Assembly (NCBI GenBank): GCA_029838215.1
Contig: JALGVI010000031.1
Coordinates: forward strand, 1 to 32,384
Source: Candidatus Helarchaeota archaeon
Lineage (GTDB): Archaea > Asgardarchaeota > Lokiarchaeia > Helarchaeales > RDOG01
Direction: 5' to 3'
DNA length: 32,384 nucleotides
This document shows, piece by piece, positions 10,513 through 19,342 of the stretch. The position numbers and the translations under genes were made by a program. A model generated the notes under the pieces. That model was given only the letters and a program-made list of their open reading frames with translations. It did not search any database and was not told the origin of the DNA. The stretch's first letter is position 1. Each line of letters starts with the position of its first letter.

Positions 10513-10644
10513 TTACGGGAAAGGCCAAGGACCCCAAGGACCAGCACTTCCAGAGGCGGAAATCTTGTCGCCAAATGCGAAGGCTAAGAGACCTTTCATA
10601 AATTCCACGATTTTGCTTTCATTTAATTGTTCGATGACGGTCAT
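10513..10644 (-). CDS. Small 43-aa protein MTVIEQLNESKIVEFMKGLLAFAFGDKISASGSAGPWGPWPFP (absent from the ORF track)
   Basis: Hand-translated. SD-like GGAAGTGA just upstream of the ATG, TTTATATAA box about 47 nt upstream, T11 tract downstream. Confidence 0.65.
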   Translation of the reverse strand: MTVIEQLNESKIVEFMKGLLAFAFGDKISASGSAGPWGPWPFP

Positions 10645-10690
10645 GTCATTCACTTCCGAATTTAATGGTGACCTTGTTTTTCATAGCTTC

Positions 10691-10699
10691 TTATATAAA
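10691..10699 (-). promoter_or_regulatory. TATA box (TTTATATAA) upstream of the 43-aa ORF
   Basis: Matches the archaeal TTTAWATA consensus at a plausible distance from the ATG at 10644. Confidence 0.5.
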
Positions 10700-11125
10700 G
10701 TCCAAAAAAAAAATGCTCAACTTCGGTTTTACACGTTAAATTTCGCAAATTTGGTGATCATGCACAAACATCCCGCAACTATCGATTTTCAACACCATTT
10801 GAAATAACAAACAGCGGCTCAGGTGGATTCCATCTGAAAAACAATCTCATTTAAATGCGAATTGTTCACGAACTTCACGATTAAACAAAATTTGAAAAAC
10901 GTTCAAAATCAGTTAAAATCTTGTTTTTAACTAAATTCACCGTTAAAAAGTGAGTTTTAGACGGAACAATTGGAAAACACTTTTTTTATCGGACGATCTT
11001 TTGCAAGCAGTATTCAATAAAGTCCAAATCCCATGTTTTTTTATTAGAAAAGTAACTCTTTTATTTTTTCACACGAAATAATTAAAAAGTTATTTTTACA
11101 CAAATTACAAGAATCGTGTTCAAAA

Positions 11126-11797
11126 ATGATTTTGAAGGACATCTCAATGGTAGAAACACCTAAATTAATTGAAAACATCCGCGAGAACGTCATTGATGTT
11201 GATTCAGAGGACCAAATAGAAAAATTAGTCAAAGATGCCATCAATCAAAATATGGACATCGTAAAAGTCATTGATGCACTTTCATCGGGATTGGATACGG
11301 TTGGAAACCTATACGAATCCAAGGAATACTTTCTTTCCGAGCTCTTGATTTCAGGAGACCGTGCTAAAAAGGGAATTGACCTCTTGAAACCTTTTATTGC
11401 AAAAGAACAAGACCGTTTTTTGGGTAAAATCATATTTGGTTCCGTTAAGGGAGACATACACGACATCGGGAAGACAATAATTAGTGCCTTTCTAATAGGA
11501 GCAGGATTTGTCGTGTACGATCTTGGCGTGGAAGTTACAGCAGACCAGTTCATCTCAGCCATACAAGAACATGATGCAGATATTTTGGCAATGTCCACGC
11601 TCTTGACATCTTGCTTAGAAGAGATGAGAGAGGTAATTAAAAAGCTAGAGGAGAAAGGTCTGAGAAACAAGGTGAAAGTGATCGTTGGAGGACGTCCCGT
11701 GTCAAAAGAATTCGCGGATGAAATTGGTGCCGATGCTTTTGCATTTTATCCCCAAGAAGCCATTCAGGCGTGTAAAAAATTAATTCAGAAGAAATGA
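11126..11797 (+). CDS. Corrinoid (cobalamin-binding) protein, MtaC/MttC/MtbC-like
   Basis: N-terminal cap (VGNLYESKEYFLSELL), GSVKGDIHDIGK (DxHxxG), MSTLLT and IVGGRPV motifs. Confidence 0.92.
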   Translation: MILKDISMVETPKLIENIRENVIDVDSEDQIEKLVKDAINQNMDIVKVIDALSSGLDTVGNLYESKEYFLSELLISGDRAKKGIDLLKPFIAKEQDRFLGKIIFGSVKGDIHDIGKTIISAFLIGAGFVVYDLGVEVTADQFISAIQEHDADILAMSTLLTSCLEEMREVIKKLEEKGLRNKVKVIVGGRPVSKEFADEIGADAFAFYPQEAIQACKKLIQKK

Positions 11798-11840
11798 TGA
11801 CATGCAAATAAATTAATAATAAGAACAACATTGATCTCCC

Positions 11841-12071
11841 ATGACTCGTACGATCTACAAGCTTGAATTCATTCTCGGATTGGCGCTAATGATTTTAGGA
11901 GTCATCTCAATAATTTTTCTCATCATTAGCGGAACCATACTTAGCGTGGGAGTAATCATTCCAATAATATTCTTAGCTCTTGGAGCGTACATATTTTATT
12001 TAGCATTTATTCAACCATATTATGAAGAAGAGAATGATGAGCAGGTTGATCTCGAAAAGAGAAACGCATAA
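11841..12071 (+). CDS. Small two-TM membrane protein with acidic tail
   Basis: 76 aa, two hydrophobic stretches, C-terminal EEENDEQ. Confidence 0.65.
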   Translation: MTRTIYKLEFILGLALMILGVISIIFLIISGTILSVGVIIPIIFLALGAYIFYLAFIQPYYEEENDEQVDLEKRNA

Positions 12072-12085
12072 AACACGTAGTCGGC

Positions 12086-12484
12086 TCAATTTTCCATGGT
12101 TTTTAAAATCATTTTAAAAAGTCGGCTATGCGTGATTAATCCCACCAATTTTCTTTCTTTAACAACTGGTAAATGCTCAATGTCATGATCAAGCATTATT
12201 TTTAATACTTTTTTAAGCGGTGTGTCGGGAGCTACCGTGATTGGATTTCTTGTCATGAGTTGGGATACTAATTTGTCCGGCGACTGGATGGAATTACGCA
12301 TGCGAACGATATCTCCATCTGTAACGATTCCCGTCAAATTGTTCTGATCATCCACGATAAGCAGGCTTCCAATCCCTCTACGCATCATAAAGATATCCGC
12401 AGCCGCAATTGTTTCATTTTCTGAGAAAGTAATGACCTTCGAGGTCATCAAGTCTCTTGCTCTTAAATCACTAATCCCCATCAT
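12086..12484 (-). CDS. CBS-domain pair protein
   Basis: ARDLMTSKVIT...GIGSLLIVD...GIVTDGD and LMTRNPITV...IEHLPVV...GLIT. Confidence 0.92.
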   Translation of the reverse strand: MMGISDLRARDLMTSKVITFSENETIAAADIFMMRRGIGSLLIVDDQNNLTGIVTDGDIVRMRNSIQSPDKLVSQLMTRNPITVAPDTPLKKVLKIMLDHDIEHLPVVKERKLVGLITHSRLFKMILKTMEN

Positions 12485-12600
12485 ATATTACGTCCTTTCA
12501 TTCATTCTCCAAAATTTCTTCAATTTAAGAAAATCATCTCTGATTAATTCATACTGATGAAATATCCAATAAAAAATTTGTTCAATTTCATAACTTGCAA

Positions 12601-12640
12601 GGGACAAATTCTCGTGCTTATCTAGACAGAAATTTGTCCC
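12601..12640. repeat. Perfect 10-bp inverted repeat GGGACAAATT-N20-AATTTGTCCC
   Basis: Read directly. It lies in the divergent intergenic region just upstream of an AT-rich TATA-like stretch (about 12643-12657). Confidence 0.8.
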
Positions 12641-12687
12641 ATAAATTATAATATAAACGGCTTCCTAGAATATCTTGTGATATAATC

Positions 12688-12786
12688 ATGGCAATGAAAC
12701 CAGAGAATAAATTATTAATTGAGATCTTGGCAATCTTGGTCGCCATTAACTTGGTTTGGTTGCTTTCCCTCGTATTTTTCCTATAA
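12688..12786 (+). CDS. Small 32-aa single-TM protein MAMKPENKLLIEILAILVAINLVWLLSLVFFL (absent from the ORF track)
   Basis: Hand-translated: short charged N-terminus plus about 24 hydrophobic residues. TATAAA about 30 nt upstream and GTGAT before the ATG. Confidence 0.55.
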   Translation: MAMKPENKLLIEILAILVAINLVWLLSLVFFL

Positions 12787-12890
12787 AATTTTAGACCAAA
12801 GCCAAGACAGATTTCCTCGATAGGAATCCCATTTTTTTCTCCATTTTTTATTCCAAAAAATAAATATTCTTCCAAGTATTGTTTTATTTT

Positions 12891-13676
12891 ATGGTCAAGG
12901 GGTACTTACATGAAGTTTTTTCTTCAATTCAGGGAGAAGGTGGAAGCGTCCCTGGAAGCTGCTTCGGAAGACGACAGATCTTCTTGCGATTTGCAGGCTG
13001 TAATTTAAAAGGATGCACTTGGTGTGATACGAAGAAGGCTCAAATGCCACGCCCGGATCATTTTCAGGTTTATCACGATATCCTTGAGGAAAAAATAGAA
13101 AAGAAGAATAATCCCACATCTGCAACAACAGTTAAACAAATCGTTGAGCAAATAAAGAGCCCTGATTTGCATTCAATCACTTTTACAGGTGGAGAACCAT
13201 TAATGCAAGCAACATTTCTTAAAGAAGTGTGTGAAAATTTGAAAAATTTCGTTCTTTACTTAGAAACCAACGGTAGCTTGCCAGAACAGGCAAGACAAAT
13301 CGTGGATTATTTCGATTACTGTTGTTGCGACATCAAGGATGAAACTGCCAAAGCCACTGAAGATTGGAGGGACTTGGTAAATAAAGAAATCGAAACAATC
13401 AAGATATTCAAAAAACAGGAGAAAAAAGTATTCGCAAAGGTCGTTTTTACTCCAGAAACGGAGATCAAGAATATTAAATGGTATGCAACAGAACTCTCAA
13501 GGCTAAGTGTACCACTCGTGCTTCAACCCGTAAACCAGAAATCCAAAAATACAACTACATTTAGGAAAGAAAGAAATAAAAAGATGTTTGAACTTCTAGA
13601 GGAAGTTGGGAAGATATATAAAGGGCAAAAATACGGCATTTCGTTTCAGGCTCATAAAACATGGGACATTTTGTAG
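12891..13676 (+). CDS. queE: 7-carboxy-7-deazaguanine synthase-like radical SAM protein (QueE/NrdG family)
   Basis: EVFSSIQGEG, IFLRFAGCN..C.WCDT, ITFTGGEPL, LETNG, LQPV, QAHK. ATG at 12891; the ORF extends to a TTG at 12879. Confidence 0.85.
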   Translation: MVKGYLHEVFSSIQGEGGSVPGSCFGRRQIFLRFAGCNLKGCTWCDTKKAQMPRPDHFQVYHDILEEKIEKKNNPTSATTVKQIVEQIKSPDLHSITFTGGEPLMQATFLKEVCENLKNFVLYLETNGSLPEQARQIVDYFDYCCCDIKDETAKATEDWRDLVNKEIETIKIFKKQEKKVFAKVVFTPETEIKNIKWYATELSRLSVPLVLQPVNQKSKNTTTFRKERNKKMFELLEEVGKIYKGQKYGISFQAHKTWDIL

Positions 13677-13873
13677 CCAGACAAAATACATGAAAAACAC
13701 TTAAGAAAAACATGATACGTTAGATTTATTTTGATTCACTTCTATATAAACTAGTAAACGGGAATCAACAAAGATTCAAGTTGTCACAATATCGCTTAGA
13801 ATCGATTCTTTAATATCTTTAAAGATCCAAAGTTCTTCCTTGAAAAATATGGTCAAGCAAGAGCAGGTAAAGA

Positions 13874-14428
13874 GTGGAATGTAATAGGAACAAGGGAACT
13901 CATTTTAAAATCGAATCCGGCATTTTAGAGGCAAAAAAATTGATTGAAAACGTTTCAATTATCCTAAACTCAGGTCAAATGCTCTATAATGAAAATTTCA
14001 AAGATCAAGGCGGAGAAATAAGCGATAAGGATTTTCTAATTTCGGGATTACTGAGTGCTTTATCAAACCTAGCCAAGGAAGCATTTGGTGAGAAAATAGA
14101 AGAGATCATTCTTCAAAATCAAAAAATCTTCGTTAAATCATATGAAAAATATTTCATTGCTCTCACTGCTGATATAAGGATTGATCCTGTATATGTAAAA
14201 AATGTTTTAAGGCAGATTCACGAAGTCTTTAGTGAAAGACACGATGTAAGCGAATTCAATGGCGATATTGACGAGTTCAAAAACTTGGCACCCATTATAA
14301 AAAATATTATTGAAGAAAATAAAACAAGAATAATGCGATTAAAAGATAAATATGGAAAAAAATTGCAAGATGAATTAAAAAAACTAGTAACTTTAATGTC
14401 AAAAGAGAATGCATTAGAGAGAGGATGA
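13874..14428 (+). CDS. Longin-domain protein with C-terminal helical extension
   Basis: IILNSGQMLY...LISGLLSALSNLAKEAFGEKIEEIIL...VLRQIHEVF pattern typical of longin folds. The likely start is TTG 13940, by alignment with the paralogue at 29478-29984. Confidence 0.72.
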   Translation: MECNRNKGTHFKIESGILEAKKLIENVSIILNSGQMLYNENFKDQGGEISDKDFLISGLLSALSNLAKEAFGEKIEEIILQNQKIFVKSYEKYFIALTADIRIDPVYVKNVLRQIHEVFSERHDVSEFNGDIDEFKNLAPIIKNIIEENKTRIMRLKDKYGKKLQDELKKLVTLMSKENALERG

Positions 14429-14431
14429 TTC

Positions 14432-15394
14432 ATGAGCGATTTTGTTAAATTGATCATAGTAGGATTGGCAAAAGCGGGAAAAACATCGATCTACAGACGT
14501 TGCCTTGAAAAACATGACTTGAAAGATATCGAAAAAACACCTCCAACAATAATGATTGCTCGGAATACGGTAAACTTGGAACACATTTCAAAACACATCG
14601 CAATTTGGGACTTTGGAGGACAGTCGGGCTTTAGAAGTAATTACCTTCAGAAGCCTGATTATTTTGATAAAACCCGAATCATAATTTTTGTCGTTGATGT
14701 CTTAGCTCCCAAAGATCTCGAAGAAGTAAAAAAATACTTCAATTCAATTCTCCAGATTATCAAAGAATTGAAAAAAGAAAAGGGAATGGAACCTCCAAAG
14801 ATGTACATATTCTTGCATAAATGTGACCCTGAAACCAAGAATCAGAACACGCCAAACATTGCAATGACTCTACTCGAAATGAATACATTATTTGGCAAGG
14901 AAGTCCCGATGTACATGACATCAATTCATGATGATACTGCCTGTAGATCGCTTAATAATATATTATTCTTTTCTCTTCCTGAAGATGCAATCATGCACAT
15001 TTTTAGTGAAAAATTCTTTGAAGAACTTAAAAACGTGATCTTGAAAGAAATAGAGAATAAACCCTTGGATGATATTGAAGGTCTTTCCAAGATCTTTGGC
15101 GATCTTATTGGACAAAAGATTCACGAATTGTGGATGAGCTCTTCCATCAAAAAAGTCGATAGAAGCGAAAAAGAACACAAATTTGTTGAAGGCGTTGAAG
15201 TCATTCAAAAAGATGGAAAAAAGCGCTTTAAATTAAAATGCCAGTTTGCACTAAAAGATCGGAAATGTACTGAACTTGATTGTACACTATTTCTCGAATT
15301 CTTGAAAGGAATTCTAAATTCAATCGGTCTGGGATATCGTAGCCAAGCAATCGAAAAAATAAAAGATGATGACGAATGTTTTTTCATCATATAG
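14432..15394 (+). CDS. Rag/Gtr-like small GTPase fused to a C-terminal V4R/TRAPP-Bet3-like domain
   Basis: GLAKAGKTS, PPT, WDFGGQ, HKCD, TSIHD. The C-terminal part has FGDLIG...KCQF...DCTLFLEFLKGIL...DDECFFII, resembling V4R. Confidence 0.8.
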   Translation: MSDFVKLIIVGLAKAGKTSIYRRCLEKHDLKDIEKTPPTIMIARNTVNLEHISKHIAIWDFGGQSGFRSNYLQKPDYFDKTRIIIFVVDVLAPKDLEEVKKYFNSILQIIKELKKEKGMEPPKMYIFLHKCDPETKNQNTPNIAMTLLEMNTLFGKEVPMYMTSIHDDTACRSLNNILFFSLPEDAIMHIFSEKFFEELKNVILKEIENKPLDDIEGLSKIFGDLIGQKIHELWMSSSIKKVDRSEKEHKFVEGVEVIQKDGKKRFKLKCQFALKDRKCTELDCTLFLEFLKGILNSIGLGYRSQAIEKIKDDDECFFII

Positions 15395-15582
15395 TTTAAT
15401 AATGCATGCTTCTTTATTTGATTAGGGAAGTTATTATTAAAGCAGTTATAGTTGTCTATAGATAAGAAGCGATCTTCTCAATTATTCCCTAAAACTTAAA
15501 TATGAAGACGATTAATTTTAAAATTACTGGACTTTAATCGTTTCCAGATTCAATTCATACGGGTTTGAGGTGACTTCAGACT

Positions 15583-16128
15583 TTGTCTACAATAATGATG
15601 AAGGAAGATCATTTTGGTTTTTACGTGTTTAAAGTGATTTTGGTTGGTGATGCAGCAGTTGGTAAAACAAGTCTCATTAATAAATACGTGTTTAATCAAT
15701 TTGCGGAGGATTATAAAGCATCCATCGGTTCGAATATTATCATCAAGGATCTTGAAACTGATGATGGCAAAAAAGTAAAACTCTCCATCTGGGACATCGC
15801 AGGACAACAAAAATGGGAAGTAATGCGACCCGTGTATTATCAAAGAGCCGATGGCGTTTTACTCATTTACGATGTCACAAATAAGGAATCATACGATAAT
15901 CTGTTTACAACGTGGTACCACGAAATACAAACGATTCATCAGGACTTTAAACTGATGATTTTGGGGAATAAAAGCGACAAGGGAGATCTGAAATTCGAAG
16001 ATGAAAACGCATTAAACGAGAAATTCAATCCCATTAAAATAATTAAAACTTCAGCCAAAAATGGTGAAAACGTGGAAAAAGCTTTTATAGAATTAACAAA
16101 AGCCATGATAGCACCTTTGTACGAGTGA
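15583..16128 (+). CDS. Rab/Ras-like small GTPase
   Basis: GDAAVGKTS, KASIG, WDIAGQ, YYQRADG, NKSD, TSAK. GAGGTGA SD upstream of the TTG start. Confidence 0.93.
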   Translation: MSTIMMKEDHFGFYVFKVILVGDAAVGKTSLINKYVFNQFAEDYKASIGSNIIIKDLETDDGKKVKLSIWDIAGQQKWEVMRPVYYQRADGVLLIYDVTNKESYDNLFTTWYHEIQTIHQDFKLMILGNKSDKGDLKFEDENALNEKFNPIKIIKTSAKNGENVEKAFIELTKAMIAPLYE

Positions 16129-16164
16129 CCGAAGAATTTTTCTGAAATCGGAAATGGGATTGAT

Positions 16165-17388
16165 TTAATCAATTCTTTTTAATCTTGAGTAAATATTCCT
16201 TAAAAGTCCCCCAATGAATTCAAGTGTCGTTTCATTGGACGAATAAAAGCCTACTGGTGGGTCCTCCTTATCAGAAAATGCGATAAACAAATCGGTACCA
16301 TCCGATGTTATGCCGAACAGGTTTGCATCTTTGTAATTTCGAATTTCGATGTTTAATTGGTTTTTTAGACCGAAGATGGATAATTCATTTTTTTCCAGCG
16401 CAAGAGTCGCTAACCTGATCGATATATTGGATGGACAATTAGCAAGATCTAAATCCTTGACGTGTGGTTCAAAACGTGGAACAAAAATTAATGTATTTCG
16501 TTTTGTTTTCCTTAGAATCGATTTGATCCGTTTCATGCACTCGAGTTCGCCATATGCTACTTGATTTGGAAGTTCACCAGTTAATTTTTCCAAGTCTTTT
16601 TGTAGTTTTTTATTTTGTTCGTTGAGCTCTTCGACTTCCTTTTCCCATTCTTTCATTACCTGCTTGAATTCATCTTGAAGCTTTTTGCGTTCCGCTTCCA
16701 ATCGAGAATCCATTTCTTGTTTTAATTTTTGAAGTTGTTGCTCTTTCTCGGTCAGTTTTTCATGAGATGCTTCACGTTCTTTCATGGAGAGTTTTAACTC
16801 TGTAATCTCGTGTTCCTTTTTGTCCAATTGATCTAAGAGGTCTTGAATTTTTTTTCCTTTGTCATCATGCAAGGCACTCATGTATTTATCTTCGAGTTCC
16901 TTGATTCGTTTTTTAGCTAAATCGAGCTTTCCCCGTTGTTGTAATAAATTTTCGTAAAGAGATTCCAATTTTTCGGTTTTTTCTGCCAACATCTCTTTGA
17001 TTCTGGCACTATTTTTCGTTTCCTCTTGGATTTGTCGTTCTAGATTTTGGATGATGGCATTTTTTTCATCAATCGATTTAAGGGTCGTTTCCAGTTTTTC
17101 AGTGACTTCTTTTAGCCGTTTTTCTTGTGCCTTGAATTTTTCCTGCGTGACCGTATTTTCCATGTAACTTTTCAACTTCTGTTCACTGGCTTCAAGAGCT
17201 TTTCTCAAATCTTCAACTTCCAAGTTAGATTTAAGTTTCTCTTGCATTAACCGCGCAATATCCTTTGCCTTCTTCTGTTTTTCATCATTTAATTCCTTGG
17301 TCAATTCTTTTATCCGCTGATTACGCTTTTTCAGGGCTAATTTCCAGTCCAGAATGTCCGTAGAGCCAATATCATCTTCTAGTTCCAA
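16165..17388 (-). CDS. Long coiled-coil protein with a C-terminal globular (TrmB/PLD-like?) domain
   Basis: About 270 aa of E/K/L/Q-rich heptads, then a mixed alpha/beta region (KRIKSILRKTKRNTLIFVP...FGITSDGTDLFIAF...VGFYS). Confidence 0.75.
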   Translation of the reverse strand: MELEDDIGSTDILDWKLALKKRNQRIKELTKELNDEKQKKAKDIARLMQEKLKSNLEVEDLRKALEASEQKLKSYMENTVTQEKFKAQEKRLKEVTEKLETTLKSIDEKNAIIQNLERQIQEETKNSARIKEMLAEKTEKLESLYENLLQQRGKLDLAKKRIKELEDKYMSALHDDKGKKIQDLLDQLDKKEHEITELKLSMKEREASHEKLTEKEQQLQKLKQEMDSRLEAERKKLQDEFKQVMKEWEKEVEELNEQNKKLQKDLEKLTGELPNQVAYGELECMKRIKSILRKTKRNTLIFVPRFEPHVKDLDLANCPSNISIRLATLALEKNELSIFGLKNQLNIEIRNYKDANLFGITSDGTDLFIAFSDKEDPPVGFYSSNETTLEFIGGLLRNIYSRLKRID

Positions 17389-17548
17389 AATAGCACGTCC
17401 AAATTAATATTTAAAAAAAATTCACGTGAACATTGAAATTAATCTTATCATAAGAATATATAATAAATGAGATTTTTATGGGTTAAAAAATTAAATGATT
17501 CAATAATTTAATTGATTTGAGACTTAGAATATTTCGGTGATCTATTTA

Positions 17549-18124
17549 ATGCATATTGACTCAATAAAGGTGAAGAATTACCGTTGTATAAGCAAATTAA
17601 ATTTAGAAAAACTGTCTCCTATAACCGTTTTTGTAGGGAGAAATAATACTGGAAAATCCGCCATATTAGAAGCTATCGCTTTAGCATCAAGTGCTGATGA
17701 TGGGTGGTTTGATAATTTCAATTTTGATATAATAGATTCAATAGTGAGAAAGCGAGGAGGTTGGAACTATACAAATCTACTGATTAAGGTAGGACAGGAA
17801 AGTGCTGAAATTGAAATTTCAGGAAAATCCTTGAAGGGAAATTTAATTATTACTCAAAATAAAGAAAAAATTCCAGAAGATGTTGATTCTTTTATATATT
17901 CAGAATTTCATAGATATCTCGAACAAAACTACTCTAAACATTACAATAGGATGAAAAAATATCTGCAGAAATTCTCTCTAGAACAGAGAAAGGAATGTCT
18001 AAAAATATATGATGACTATTTTTTTTGGCTTAAGAATAACATGGGACAATTAAATACTTTTAATTTTATCCTTGACCAAATTCATCACGATGTAGAAACT
18101 CAAGTGGTACCGATACAGACTTGA
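17549..18124 (+). pseudogene. Truncated AAA_15/AAA_21-type (ABC/OLD-like) ATPase fragment
   Basis: IDSIKVKNYRCI and Walker A GRNNTGKSAILEAI are present, but no Walker B or signature follows. The 3' end runs into the antisense strand of the neighbouring ORF. Confidence 0.65.
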
Positions 18125-18302
18125 GAAAATTCTTCCACGCTTTTTTTTCTCCAAACACGCCATAAGACAGTCCACAAAGCTTACAACCATACGTGCTGGG
18201 TCTAAAAGTCTTGTGAAAAGAATCGATCAAGGAATTGATTCTCCCCGAGTCAGCATTCCATACAAAAACGATAGTTGAATCAAGTTCACTCGTTCCACTC
18301 AT
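18066..18302 (-). pseudogene. Conserved hypothetical CxxC protein, probably C-terminally truncated
   Basis: IVFVWNADSG...IDSFHK...PSTYGCKLCGLSYG...W..F....EFLHRDEF resembles a bacterial hypothetical family recalled as longer than 100 aa. Here it stops three residues after HRDEF. Confidence 0.5.
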
Positions 18303-18473
18303 GTTATTATTTTAAGACGTCACAATTTATAAAACATCGTTATGTTTTGGTCCGTCTTTTCGATTTTTTTTAACGATTTTTGGCAATGATCCCTGCTCGT
18401 TTCCCAGGAGATGAAAAATGGAAAAATACTAATTCAACGAAAATGGAATATATAAAAAAAAGACTGAACAGCC

Positions 18474-19328
18474 ATGATGAAAGAAGAATATAACATCATC
18501 TTGACGGGAACAGGAGGCCAGGGAGTTTTATTAAGTTCGAATATTCTTGGCTGGTCGGCCTTGCAAAGTGGATATCAGGTTAGAGCCGCAGAAACACACG
18601 GAATGGCACAGCGAGGTGGCTCAGTCATCGTGCACCTGCGATTTGGGAAGAAAGTTCAGTCTCCTTTGGTAAAAACAGGCAACGCTGATGTGATTTTGGC
18701 ATTTGAATTAGCCGAATCTTTGAGAAATGCAAGATATCTTCGACATGATGGCTTGGCAATCATAAATCAGCAGATTAGCATTCCCCCAATAATATATGCA
18801 TCGCAGAAAATACAGCTTGATCAGGCTAAATGCATGACCGGATGCAACAATTGCATTTCTGCCTGTGAGTTAAGTTATGTCATTAATCCAAAACATTATT
18901 TTCCCGTGCTTCCAACTCGATCCCCTTTGGCAGTCATTAATGGGGAGTGCAGGCTTTACGCCGAATATTGTACAGGTTGTGGCAATTGTATTGATGCATG
19001 CCCGCAACAAGCCCTTGCTTTTAAAGATCAAGAAATTCGATATCCATCACGTTTTCAAATCGAAGAACGATTCAAAAAAATCACGTCACGTTATTATATA
19101 GTTCCTGCTTCATACATGGCTTTTAAACTTGGAAATATCCGAGCTACAAACGTGTTCATGGTAGGTATTCTTATAGGAACCAACCAAGTTCCAATATCTC
19201 CCGAAATCATAAAAGACAACCTTGAAAATTTAATAAAGGCAAAATTTCGGGATTTAAATCTAAAAGCATTCGAAAAAGGAATGAACATGGGTAAAAAAAT
19301 CTCGGAAAACATCCAGAGATCCCACTAA
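18474..19328 (+). CDS. iorB: Indolepyruvate:ferredoxin oxidoreductase beta subunit with an inserted 2x[4Fe-4S] ferredoxin domain
   Basis: GTGGQGVL, ETHGMAQRGGSV, ADVILAFE, LGNIRATNVFMVG, N..AFEKG. The insert carries CMTGCNNCISAC and CTGCGNCIDACP. Confidence 0.9.
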   Translation: MMKEEYNIILTGTGGQGVLLSSNILGWSALQSGYQVRAAETHGMAQRGGSVIVHLRFGKKVQSPLVKTGNADVILAFELAESLRNARYLRHDGLAIINQQISIPPIIYASQKIQLDQAKCMTGCNNCISACELSYVINPKHYFPVLPTRSPLAVINGECRLYAEYCTGCGNCIDACPQQALAFKDQEIRYPSRFQIEERFKKITSRYYIVPASYMAFKLGNIRATNVFMVGILIGTNQVPISPEIIKDNLENLIKAKFRDLNLKAFEKGMNMGKKISENIQRSH

Positions 19329-19333
19329 AAGTA

Positions 19334-19342
19334 TTTTTTTTT
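19334..19342 (+). terminator. Oligo-T terminator after iorB
   Basis: T9 run 5 nt after the stop, followed by further T-rich sequence. Confidence 0.5.

Noticed and set aside
10518-10595. GC-rich patch considered as a riboswitch (e.g. cobalamin) upstream of the corrinoid gene
   Set aside because: No recognisable riboswitch consensus; the GC content is explained by Gly/Pro/Trp/Ala codons on the minus strand.
10412-10807. 131-aa plus-strand ORF
   Set aside because: Low-complexity Lys runs come from A-tracts. It is antisense to the better-supported 43-aa ORF with promoter, RBS and terminator.
10820-10880. Imperfect palindrome CAGGTGGA-T-TCCATCTG and a TTCACGA direct repeat
   Set aside because: Short and imperfect, seen once; could be operator sites but cannot be distinguished from chance.
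12618-12875. 85-aa minus-strand ORF
   Set aside because: No motifs, and it is antisense to the 32-aa TM ORF and its promoter.
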